Notes under the pieces: generated by a model | What the model was told of the DNA's origin: nothing | The model's input: the letters and a program-made list of their open reading frames with translations, nothing else | The model's database searches: none | In this document: positions 31,918 through 40,214 of the stretch, piece by piece | Layout of the letters: each line of letters starts with the position of its first letter | How positions within the stretch are numbered: the first letter of the stretch is position 1 | Source of the DNA: an uncultured Verrucomicrobiota bacterium | GTDB taxonomy: Bacteria > Auribacterota > JABMQX01 > JAFGEW01 | Direction: 5' to 3' | Assembly: GCA_964449605.1 (NCBI GenBank) | Contig: CAYUZG010000002.1 | Coordinates: 1-53,288, forward strand | DNA: 53,288 nucleotides | Translations under genes and position numbers: made by a program

Positions 31918-31974
31918 GTCAGCGTCCTGGTTGGGGAACGAGCTTGATCGCGGGGATCTCGTCGAGATCGCACA

Positions 31975-33174
31975 TCAGGACGTGCTGGGCTCCGCGGGTT
32001 CTTCGGGCGTGCCGGGCTTGTCCGCGTCGGCCGACTGCCCCTCCGGCTCGTCAGGCTGTGCGTCGGCCTCATCGTCGGAGGCGGCGGTCTCGGCGGGCGC
32101 GAATAGCTCGTCAAGGGCCGATGTATCAACAGGCTTCTTCGCCGGTTTCTTCTGAGCCTTGGCGAGCACGTCGTCGAGCGACGGCGCCTGTTCCTTCCGC
32201 TTGGCTTCCTCTTCCTCCTTGGTGAGCGCATTCGCCATGAGCGCGTCGAGCTTGTCGTTCTCAGGTGGCGTGTGCACCACGGGTTTAGGCACGACTCGTG
32301 GCGGGGGCGGGGGCGCGACCGGTTCCACAGCCGCCGTCTCTTCCTCGACGGGTGGCTCGGCAACCGGCGGCTCCGTTTCCTCGGCGGCCGGGGCCTCTTC
32401 GAGCTCGTCCGTCTCGGCAAGTCCGCTCGTCTCGGCCAGTTCGCTGCTGGTCGCCGGCTTCTGGAACACGTCCTTATTGAGGCCGACCCACTCGGGGTTC
32501 TTCTTGAGCAGCTCGACGGTCCTGCCCAGCGAGACGATGCGGTCCGGACGGTGGAGACGCCGGTAGATCCGGCGCACGAGCTTCATGTCGTCCTTGGTGT
32601 CGACGGTGAGCCGGACCCCCTCGGGCATCCGGAAGCGTTCCTCGGCCTTGACGGTGACGATCTTGAACTCGTCCGGGTGCTCCATGATGTAGGGGTTGAC
32701 GTGCTCGCGCTGATGCGGCTGCGTGGCGAGTGCGTCCTGCTTGCGGAGCGCCTCGAGTGTGACCGCTTCGACGCCGGTGCCCAGGATGCAGCCCTCGACG
32801 TAGCAGTAGTCGGCCTTCTCCTCGCGCAGCTTTTCGACGCAGGCGTCAATGAAGCTCGGCTCGAACAGCGGGTTGTCCCCCGTGATGCGGACCACGTGCG
32901 TGGCGTCGACGAGGTTGGCGGCCGCGACGTACCGTTTCAGCACGTCGTGCTCGGAGCCGGCGAACCCGACGACCTGCCACTCGCGTGCCCGTTTGAGCAG
33001 GATGCGGTCGTCGGCGCTCGTGGTCGTTGCGATGACAATGGCATCGACCCGGTGCGCGTACCGCGTGCGCTCGACGATGTGGTACAGCATCGCGATGCCG
33101 GCAATGTCGTCGAGCACCTTGCTGGGATAGCGGGTGCTCCCCATGCGTGCTTGGATGATGGCGGCGGTTTTCAC
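31975..33174 (-). CDS. Cytidylyltransferase (SpsF/NeuA-type CMP-sugar synthetase) with a ~170-aa low-complexity C-terminal tail
   Basis: GTG start. KTAAIIQARMGSTRYPSKVL...VVRITGDNPLFEP...REHVNPYI...RLTVDTKDDMKLV. The same frame then continues through acidic, Pro- and Lys-rich sequence to the stop at 31975. Confidence 0.7.
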   Translation of the reverse strand: MKTAAIIQARMGSTRYPSKVLDDIAGIAMLYHIVERTRYAHRVDAIVIATTTSADDRILLKRAREWQVVGFAGSEHDVLKRYVAAANLVDATHVVRITGDNPLFEPSFIDACVEKLREEKADYCYVEGCILGTGVEAVTLEALRKQDALATQPHQREHVNPYIMEHPDEFKIVTVKAEERFRMPEGVRLTVDTKDDMKLVRRIYRRLHRPDRIVSLGRTVELLKKNPEWVGLNKDVFQKPATSSELAETSGLAETDELEEAPAAEETEPPVAEPPVEEETAAVEPVAPPPPPRVVPKPVVHTPPENDKLDALMANALTKEEEEAKRKEQAPSLDDVLAKAQKKPAKKPVDTSALDELFAPAETAASDDEADAQPDEPEGQSADADKPGTPEEPAEPSTS

Positions 33175-33204
33175 GGGGGGATTCCGTCCTGTGTTACGGG
33201 CACG

Positions 33205-34191
33205 CTAGTAGGCCCGGCAGTATACGTCCACGCACTCGGCGCAGCCCGGCAGCTCGTCGGCCCGGCCCGCCAGGTGCATCGCCCGCATGTGCTCGATCCG
33301 TTCGCCGGTCCAGATCGACGCGAGCGACTCCTCGTACACGTTGCCGACCGCCGCGCGCGCGTCGATGTCCACGCAGCACGGCACCACGTCGCCCGAGCAG
33401 AGCACAATCAACTGCTGCCACAGGTGGCGACATGGCACGCGCGCTATCGCCGCGCCGCGCGCGTGGTCAAACATCTCGTTGCCTTCGCCGTACGAGGCGA
33501 TCTCGCCGACGCTCACATGATCGGCAACGCTGCTCCACTCGGCCCGGAACGCCTCGACCTCGCTGTCCGTGACGCCCGGCGCTCGGAGTGCGTGTATCCG
33601 GAGAAACGGTTTCGCGACGCCGTAGGCCTTCCGCAACTGTGCGAACCGAAGGATGTTGTCCCGGACCCGATCGTAGTACTTGCCTACCCCGCGGAGCAGC
33701 GCGTACGCATCCCGCGTGACGCCATCGAAGGACACGACGAGCGTATCAAGCCGCACCTCGATGAGCGCGCGCGATGCGGTTTCGTCGAGAAGGACCCCGT
33801 TCGTCGTCAGGTTGACAACAGGGACACCACGGGTCTTGGCCGCGTGGATCATCTCCGGGAGCCGCTCGTTCATGAGCGGCTCGCCGTGTTGATGCATCGA
33901 GAGATGGTATAGACCACCCTCGGCCGCTTCGTCAATCACCTTTTCGAACAGCTCGAAGGGCATGTCGGCCTTCGGCCGGCTCATCCGGTCGCGCGGGCAC
34001 ATCAAGCAGTTCAGCATGCAGCGGCTTGACGACTCGAGCATGATCTTGAGCGGGAAGTGCCGGACCACCTTGAGGTTGTAGCACGCCTCCATCGCGGCCA
34101 GGTATTCCTCGCGGGTTCGGATCGGCCGGTCGGCCAGATCGACAAACTCCGCCCCGGGAATCTGCTCGTCGTAGAAGTAGCGCTTGCGCAT
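33205..34191 (-). CDS. Radical SAM / SPASM-domain enzyme 1
   Basis: From ATG 34191 (AGGAG RBS). Radical SAM motif SSSRCMLNCLMCP (CX3CX2C), then GEPLMN. The C-terminal Cys-rich part reads CRHLWQQLIVLCSGDVVPCCVD....GNV...IW.......LPGCAECVDVYC. Confidence 0.8.
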   Translation of the reverse strand: MRKRYFYDEQIPGAEFVDLADRPIRTREEYLAAMEACYNLKVVRHFPLKIMLESSSRCMLNCLMCPRDRMSRPKADMPFELFEKVIDEAAEGGLYHLSMHQHGEPLMNERLPEMIHAAKTRGVPVVNLTTNGVLLDETASRALIEVRLDTLVVSFDGVTRDAYALLRGVGKYYDRVRDNILRFAQLRKAYGVAKPFLRIHALRAPGVTDSEVEAFRAEWSSVADHVSVGEIASYGEGNEMFDHARGAAIARVPCRHLWQQLIVLCSGDVVPCCVDIDARAAVGNVYEESLASIWTGERIEHMRAMHLAGRADELPGCAECVDVYCRAY

Positions 34192-34222
34192 CTCGCCCTG
34201 CTCCTGCCTGCGGTGTGCGCGG

Positions 34223-34984
34223 CTACTTGAGCGCGCCCTGCCGGCGCAGCTCAAAGATTGCCTCGCGCACGTTGTCAACTTGCCCCTGCTTCTCGGCTGT
34301 GTAGTCCGGGTAGTCCTCGTCGCGCTGGAAGTGGACCGACAGCCGGTTGAATATCACCAGGCATTGCTTGCCCAGCACGTCGCGGACCGTCATCGCCATC
34401 GACGGGTCCCAGCCACCGAGCGACTGGCCGAAGTCGGTCAGGTGCGGCATGATGCGCCGCCACCACGACTCGGTCGTCATCTCGAAGCCGGGCACGATGT
34501 AGCTGAGGAACCCGACGTATGGGCCCGCGACGATCGGCGTGAGGTTTTCGCGCCGGCGGCTGACCCACTCGAGGCCGCTGAAGTAGTCGTCGAGGCCCTG
34601 CCGCTTGAAGCCGACGACGATGCCACCCGCCTGCTCGAAGCGGTCCCAGTAGTCGCATGGGCCCATCCAGTCATCGGGCAGCAGCTCGTCGTCGTCGTTC
34701 TTCGCGATGAAATCGAAGCCCTGACCGAAGACGCAATGCTCGAGCAGGTACTGAGTCGCCCTTGTCACGCCGATGTTCTCGTCGCCGAGCACGACGGTGA
34801 GCTTCTCGTGTTTGGCGGCGGCCTTGCGCAGGTAGTCGGGCGTCGAATCACTGCTCGCGTTGTCGTAGACGAACAGGTGCAGGTCGTGCTCCGCGTCGTC
34901 GAGCTGCTCGAGGAGCGGTGTCAGCGTCCGCTCAGTGTACGGCCGACGATTGTACGAGACGATGCACAGCGCGATCCGATGCAT
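34223..34984 (-). CDS. Family 2 glycosyltransferase
   Basis: IALCIVSYNRRPYTERTL......LFVYDNASSDST..YL is the GT-A N-terminal signature. Confidence 0.7.
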   Translation of the reverse strand: MHRIALCIVSYNRRPYTERTLTPLLEQLDDAEHDLHLFVYDNASSDSTPDYLRKAAAKHEKLTVVLGDENIGVTRATQYLLEHCVFGQGFDFIAKNDDDELLPDDWMGPCDYWDRFEQAGGIVVGFKRQGLDDYFSGLEWVSRRRENLTPIVAGPYVGFLSYIVPGFEMTTESWWRRIMPHLTDFGQSLGGWDPSMAMTVRDVLGKQCLVIFNRLSVHFQRDEDYPDYTAEKQGQVDNVREAIFELRRQGALK

Positions 34985-36107
34985 GCTGCTTCTCCATCAG
35001 TGAGTGTTCGAGCTGATCCTCAAAGGCGTGCACGATGGCGTCCCACGAGCGCTGCCGGCTCCGCTCGACGCGTGCTTGCCGGCTCGCGTGGTCGTCCTGG
35101 CCGAGGGCGACGTCGATGGCGGCGACAAACTCGTCGGTGTCGTGCGCGAGCGCCACGTAGCGGTCGAGCTGGACAAGGTCCTCGAGCGGCGTGGCCACGA
35201 CTGGCTTGCCGGCACTCAGGTACTCGAAGACCTTCGTCGGGTTCGCCGACGCCGTGAACGCGTTCCGCTTGTAGGCGAGCACGCAGACGTCCATCGCCCG
35301 CACGTACGCCGGCAGCGCCTCGTACGGGCGCGCGCCCAGGAAACGGGCGTGCTGCTGCAGCCGCGGGTACTTGGCGAGATCGACGTCCGACATCACCGGG
35401 CCGACAAAGACAAACGACCACTCGGGCCGCTGCGCCGCGACGGCCTCGAGTATGTCGAGGTCGTCCTTGGTGGCATTGATCGAGCCGACCGAGCCGATCA
35501 CGGGCCAGGTGAGCCCGCGCATCTCGTCGGGCAGCTCGCCCGGCCGGCCCGCCGGCGCGAAGTGCTCGACATCGACGCCGGAGGGCAGGAGCGTGGTCCG
35601 GGCATTGAGCCGTCCGAGCCGGGTGAACAGCCCACGGCTCGTGGCGAAGACCAGGTCGGCCCGCCGCACCAACTGCTCCTCCTGCTGCCGCAGGAAGCTC
35701 GACGGCAGTTTCGGGATCGAAGCCCAGTCGTCGTTGCAGTCGTAGACGACAACGCGCTCTGACAATGAACCGGCAATTTGTGCTGCAAAAGGCGTGCCGA
35801 CCACGGTGATCACGTCGCGGAAGTTGTTGCGGCGCATCACACGCCGGATCCGGCGGCGCACAAGCGTCTCGTTAAGCCTGCGGACCGCGTGGCTCCATCG
35901 GAGACCGGGCAGCACGATCGGCTCGAGCACGAGCACGCCTTCCTCGCGCCTGAGCCGGCCCCAGCGCCAGGGCCGGCGCCATTTGCGCGCCCGCGTCGGC
36001 TCGACGTACAGCACCCGGTGCCGGCGCGCGAGCCGGGTCGTCAGGTGCTGAGGTCGGAACCGGACGAAGCCCCGGAAGTCGTAGCCCGACAGGTAGACGA
36101 TGTCCAT
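34932..36107 (-). CDS. GT-B glycosyltransferase (family 1/4 type), paralog b
   Basis: From ATG 36107 (MDIVYLSGYDF). Motifs RPQHLTTRLARRHRVLYVEP, ...FVGP..., NPTKVFEYLSAGKPVVATP (EX7E-like). Clear paralog of 37030..38175. Overlaps neighbours by 67 nt (5') and 53 nt (3'). Confidence 0.7.
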   Translation of the reverse strand: MDIVYLSGYDFRGFVRFRPQHLTTRLARRHRVLYVEPTRARKWRRPWRWGRLRREEGVLVLEPIVLPGLRWSHAVRRLNETLVRRRIRRVMRRNNFRDVITVVGTPFAAQIAGSLSERVVVYDCNDDWASIPKLPSSFLRQQEEQLVRRADLVFATSRGLFTRLGRLNARTTLLPSGVDVEHFAPAGRPGELPDEMRGLTWPVIGSVGSINATKDDLDILEAVAAQRPEWSFVFVGPVMSDVDLAKYPRLQQHARFLGARPYEALPAYVRAMDVCVLAYKRNAFTASANPTKVFEYLSAGKPVVATPLEDLVQLDRYVALAHDTDEFVAAIDVALGQDDHASRQARVERSRQRSWDAIVHAFEDQLEHSLMEKQHASDRAVHRLVQSSAVH

Positions 36108-37033
36108 GTTCCCTCGCCGTCTGCGGTGTACATCGTACAGGTGCGACACGCCGCGGGCGGGCGGCCCGCGGCAAGCTCGTCACGGAATCTGCGATAGGCG
36201 TCGCTGTTCCAGATCGTCTCGAACGGCTGCTCGAGCACGTTGCCGAAGTTGATCGCGCGCGGATCGGGCCGTTGGCAGCACGGCGTGACGAAGCCCTGCC
36301 ACGTGACGTACACGCCGCCGCGATGCCACGGGCAGTTGGCGTACCCCGCCGTCGGCCCAAACACGCCGGCCGCCAGGTTCCACCGCCGCGACAGCGCGTT
36401 GACCTCGGCCTGCATCATCTCGATCTCACTCGCCGTGAGGCCACGGGGATTGCTCGGCGACGGCTGCTCGCGCCCGCCGACGTCCCAGAACTGCACCACG
36501 TTCAGGTTGAGCCGGTCGAGGCCGAGGCGACTCACCAGCTCGAACAGCGCGCTGAGCGCGGCGCGGTCGGCGCTCGCCACAACGGCGTTGGCGCTCAGCT
36601 CGAGCAAGTGGCCTCGGCGGTTGCGCGCCTCGACGAGCACGCGGACCCGCTCGACGACGTCGTCGAGCCGGGCCCCGCCGCGGATGGCCGCGAACTGCTC
36701 GGCATCGGCGCTATCGAGCGACAGCTCGAGCCGGTCGGCCACCGAGGCGAGCGCCTCGGCGTTCTGCGCGTTGATCTTCGTCACGTTCAGGGCCGAGTAC
36801 GCGCGGATCCCACGGGCCCGCAGCGCCCGCATCATGTCGAGGAAGTCCGGGTTGAGCATCGGCTCGCCGAGCCCCTGGAGCTTGACGGCGCGCAGCCCGT
36901 CGAGCTCGTCGAGGATGTGCGCGAACTGGCCGAGCGTCATGTGCCCCACGGTGTCGAGCCGGTCGCGCTCGCACATGGCGCAGCGCAGGTTGCAGACCGT
37001 CGTCGGCTCGATCTGCGCAAACGGCACGCTCAT
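36041..37033 (-). CDS. Radical SAM / SPASM-domain enzyme 2
   Basis: From ATG 37033 (ATGA overlap with the upstream stop). Radical SAM motif EPTTVCNLRCAMCER (CX3CX2C), then GLGEPMLNP. C-terminal CPWHRGGVYVTWQGFVTPCCQRP...FGNV...IW......ACRTC. Confidence 0.8.
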   Translation of the reverse strand: MSVPFAQIEPTTVCNLRCAMCERDRLDTVGHMTLGQFAHILDELDGLRAVKLQGLGEPMLNPDFLDMMRALRARGIRAYSALNVTKINAQNAEALASVADRLELSLDSADAEQFAAIRGGARLDDVVERVRVLVEARNRRGHLLELSANAVVASADRAALSALFELVSRLGLDRLNLNVVQFWDVGGREQPSPSNPRGLTASEIEMMQAEVNALSRRWNLAAGVFGPTAGYANCPWHRGGVYVTWQGFVTPCCQRPDPRAINFGNVLEQPFETIWNSDAYRRFRDELAAGRPPAACRTCTMYTADGEGTWTSSTCRATTSGASSGSDLST

Positions 37034-38175
37034 AGGCGGGCCTCCACGAGCTCGAGCATCTCGCCGGCCACGCTCTCCCACGAGCGCTCGGCGGCCAGCC
37101 GCTGGTTCTCGTCGAGCGGGAGCGTTGCCTCACCCGCGAGCACTCGCTCGACACAGCGGATGAAGTCGGCCCGGTCGCGAGCGATCGCCAGCCGGTCGAG
37201 GTAATAGGCCTTCACCTCGTCGAGTGCGCTCGAGACGACCGGCTTGCCCGCCGCCATGTATTCGAGCAGCTTCGTCGGGTTGACGTGGTGCGTCGCCGCG
37301 TTCACCTTGTAGGGGACTATTGCCACGTCGAACGCGGCCACGTAACGCGGCAGCTCCTGGTACGGCTTGAGCCCGAGGAAACGGATGTTCGGGTAGCGAA
37401 GCGTGCGCAGCAGCACGTCGTCCTGGACCGGCCCGACAAGCACGATCGACCATTCCGGGTGGGCGCGCGCCATCTGCTCGAGGAGCTCGCAGTCGAGCCG
37501 TGCCTCGTCGATCAGGCCCGTGTAGCCAATGATCGGGCGCGGAATGCCCGCGATGTCCTCGGGCGGCTCGGGCGGCGGGCCGGCGAAGTGCTCGTAGTCG
37601 ACGCCGCACGTGAAAACGTGGCAGTTGGCGTTCCACTCGCGGCGCGTCTCGTAGACCTTGCCCGTGCCGGCGAACAACACGTCCGCCTGCGACGCGAGCA
37701 CCCGGTCGCGGACGATGGTTGACCGCGGCGTCTTGTCGAACAGCTCCCAGGCGTCGGTGCAGTCGTAGACGACGGCCGCCTCACCAAGGCGCCCGACGAG
37801 GTACTGCGACATCGGCGCATAGAACCAGAGCACGAACTGCTCGAAACCGAGCCGGCGGATCGTGCGTCGAACGAGGCGTCGGATTCGGCGCTCATTGAGC
37901 CACTGCACGCCGGGCAGCGTTCGCCCGAACGGCAGCACGAGCGGCGAGTAGACCCACAGATTGCTGTCCACCCAGCGGAACGGCCTCCAGTGGCGCTCGC
38001 TCGGCTTGCTGAGCACGTGGGCAATCGAGATCGGCCGGACAAACAGCACGCGGTGGTTCCGGCCGAACCGCGTCATCAGCTGCTGAGGTCGTGCCCAGAC
38101 GCCGCTCCACGAGCTCTGGGCTATGCACACGATGTCGTATGAGGTCACCCGGCGCCTCCCGTGTCGCTCGAACAT
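37030..38175 (-). CDS. GT-B glycosyltransferase (family 1/4 type), paralog a
   Basis: RPQQLMTRFGRNHRVLFVRP, IIGYTGLIDE, LVGPV, NPTKLLEYMAAGKPVVSSA. Confidence 0.75.
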   Translation of the reverse strand: MFERHGRRRVTSYDIVCIAQSSWSGVWARPQQLMTRFGRNHRVLFVRPISIAHVLSKPSERHWRPFRWVDSNLWVYSPLVLPFGRTLPGVQWLNERRIRRLVRRTIRRLGFEQFVLWFYAPMSQYLVGRLGEAAVVYDCTDAWELFDKTPRSTIVRDRVLASQADVLFAGTGKVYETRREWNANCHVFTCGVDYEHFAGPPPEPPEDIAGIPRPIIGYTGLIDEARLDCELLEQMARAHPEWSIVLVGPVQDDVLLRTLRYPNIRFLGLKPYQELPRYVAAFDVAIVPYKVNAATHHVNPTKLLEYMAAGKPVVSSALDEVKAYYLDRLAIARDRADFIRCVERVLAGEATLPLDENQRLAAERSWESVAGEMLELVEARL

Positions 38176-38294
38176 TCGGTTTGACTCGCTGCCGCCGCTG
38201 TGCTAGCTGTAGCGGCAGCGTGCTTTTCTCGTCGAGAACCCTGGTCGTCGCACGCATCGATCACCGGCTGTGTCCGATACACGGCACCGCGTCG

Positions 38295-40214
38295 ATGAGG
38301 ATCAGACCGATGAACTACCCGACCGTCATTGCCGCGGCTGTCGCGGCCGTGCTGTCCTTCCCCACGCTCGTGCTCGGGCCGGCGGCGAACGCGGCCACCG
38401 ACGGCTCCGTCGAGCTGTACGAGCAGGCCTTCGAGCACTTCAAGGCCGACGAGTACGCCGACGCGATCGACGTGCTCGACGCGCTCGTCGAGGCCGAGCC
38501 GGAGAACGCCGAGGCGTTGGTGCTCCTGACGCGCTCGCACATCGAGCAGTACCTGGTCGAGGAGAAGGCGGCCGACCTGTTCAAGGCGAAGCGCCTGATC
38601 GAACGGCTCGACGCGCTCATCGACGGCACCGCGGACCAGGCCTACCTCGAGGGCAAGCTGGCGTACGCCAGCGGCGAGACGGCCGTCGCGGCTGATGACT
38701 ACCGTGCCGCGCTCGAGATCGACCCGGGCCATTCGCTCTCGGCCAACAGCCTAGCCATCGTGCTCAACGCGCAGGAGCACCGGCCCGAGGCGGTTGATCT
38801 CCTCGAGGCATTCCTCGCACGCCACCCGCACGATGCGGTGGCGCTCTACAACCTCGGCTGCTTGCTCGCGCTCGACGGCAAGACCGAGGAGGCGGCGCTG
38901 CGCTACCGGCAGGCCATCGACGAACGGCCGTGGTTCGCCTCGCCGTACAACAACCTCGGCTGCCTCGCCTTCCAGAACGACAGGCTCGACGAGGCCGCAC
39001 GCGCGTTTGCGAAAGTCACCACGCTGCGGCCGAACTCGCCGCTCGGCTGGCACAACCTCGGCTGCGTCCGAGAGGCGCAGAAGCGGTACGCCGAAGCGAT
39101 CGACGCGTTCGGCAAGGTCGTGGAACTCCGGCCCAACGCGACGTTCGGCTACTCGCGCCTCGGCCACGTCTGCGAGCTCGCCGGCGCCTACGATCAGGCG
39201 ATCGAGGCGCTCGAGCGCCTCGCCTCGCTGCGGCCCGAGGCCGCCGACATCCGGTTCCGCATCGGCTACCTGCACGAGCAGCTCGACCAGCTCGACGAGG
39301 CCCAGGCGGCCTACGAGCAGGTGCTCATGATGCGGCCCGACTCGGCGACGGCCTACACGAACCTCGGCAACGTGTACCTGAAGCGGGGCGACGCCGAGAC
39401 CGCCATCGAGAAGTACCGGCAGGCGATCGAGGTCAACCCGCTCTACGCCGGCGCCCACTACAACCTCGGCACGGCGCTGCTCGCAGCAGGCCACTACGAC
39501 GAAGCGCTCGAGCAGCTCACCGAGGCACTCAAGCACAAGTCCGACGACGCACGCGCCCACAACAACCTGGGCAACGTGCACTTCATGCAGGGCCGGCTCG
39601 CCGACGCGATCGAGGAGTACACACGCGCGATCGCGCTTGACGCCGAGGACGCGCTGTTTCGCTCGAACCTGGCCACGGCCTACTACCACGCCAACAAGTA
39701 CGATACGGCCGCTACGGTCTTCGAGTCGGCGATCGCGAAGGACCCGGCGCTCTACGACGCCCGCTACAACTATGGCCTGCTCTGCTACGAGCAGGGCCGC
39801 TACCACGATGCGGCGACGCAGCTCGCCGAGGCGGTCAAGATCACCGAGACCGAGGCGGCACGCAACAGCCTGGGCAACGCGCTGCTGATGGCCGGCCAAA
39901 GCGACGCGGCAATAACGTCGTATCAAAGAGCCATCGAGCTCAATCCTCGATACCTGCCCGCCTGGAAGAACCTCGGCACGGCGTACATGGCCGCGCACGA
40001 GTATCGGCGCGCGATCGAGGCCTTCGCCGAAGCGATCGAGCTCGAGCCTGACAACCCGGACAACTACTACCGCCGCGGCATCGCCTACGACCGAGCGGCC
40101 ATCCATGGCGAAGCCAGGGCGGACTACTCAAACTACCTGCGGATCGCGCCCGACGGCCCGCACGCCGAGGCCGTCAGGGAGCGCCTGCGCCAGCTCCGGC
40201 CTCGCCCCCAGTAG
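38295..40214 (+). CDS. Secreted tetratricopeptide-repeat (TPR) protein
   Basis: Within ORF 38091..40214; ATG at 38295 or 38310. Signal peptide MNYPTVIAAAVAAVLSFPTLVLGPAANA. Then more than a dozen 34-aa TPR units (AxxxYxxAlxxxPxxxxAxxNLGxxxxxxG). Confidence 0.85.
   Translation: MRIRPMNYPTVIAAAVAAVLSFPTLVLGPAANAATDGSVELYEQAFEHFKADEYADAIDVLDALVEAEPENAEALVLLTRSHIEQYLVEEKAADLFKAKRLIERLDALIDGTADQAYLEGKLAYASGETAVAADDYRAALEIDPGHSLSANSLAIVLNAQEHRPEAVDLLEAFLARHPHDAVALYNLGCLLALDGKTEEAALRYRQAIDERPWFASPYNNLGCLAFQNDRLDEAARAFAKVTTLRPNSPLGWHNLGCVREAQKRYAEAIDAFGKVVELRPNATFGYSRLGHVCELAGAYDQAIEALERLASLRPEAADIRFRIGYLHEQLDQLDEAQAAYEQVLMMRPDSATAYTNLGNVYLKRGDAETAIEKYRQAIEVNPLYAGAHYNLGTALLAAGHYDEALEQLTEALKHKSDDARAHNNLGNVHFMQGRLADAIEEYTRAIALDAEDALFRSNLATAYYHANKYDTAATVFESAIAKDPALYDARYNYGLLCYEQGRYHDAATQLAEAVKITETEAARNSLGNALLMAGQSDAAITSYQRAIELNPRYLPAWKNLGTAYMAAHEYRRAIEAFAEAIELEPDNPDNYYRRGIAYDRAAIHGEARADYSNYLRIAPDGPHAEAVRERLRQLRPRPQ

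Noticed and set aside
34932-36107. Possible frameshift or pseudogene signal from the long overlaps (67 nt and 53 nt) of GT1b with its neighbours.
   Set aside because: All three ORFs are intact, each with full-length domain content and sensible termini. Overlaps of this size are plausible in a tightly coupled high-GC operon, so this was kept as a note only.
38188-38219. 8-bp-stem inverted repeat (gctgccgc ... gcggcagc) followed by GTGCTTTTCTCG in the divergent GT1a/TPR promoter region.
   Set aside because: It looks like a plus-strand terminator, but no plus-strand gene precedes it. It could be an operator, but with a single copy and no partner motif I cannot support a call.
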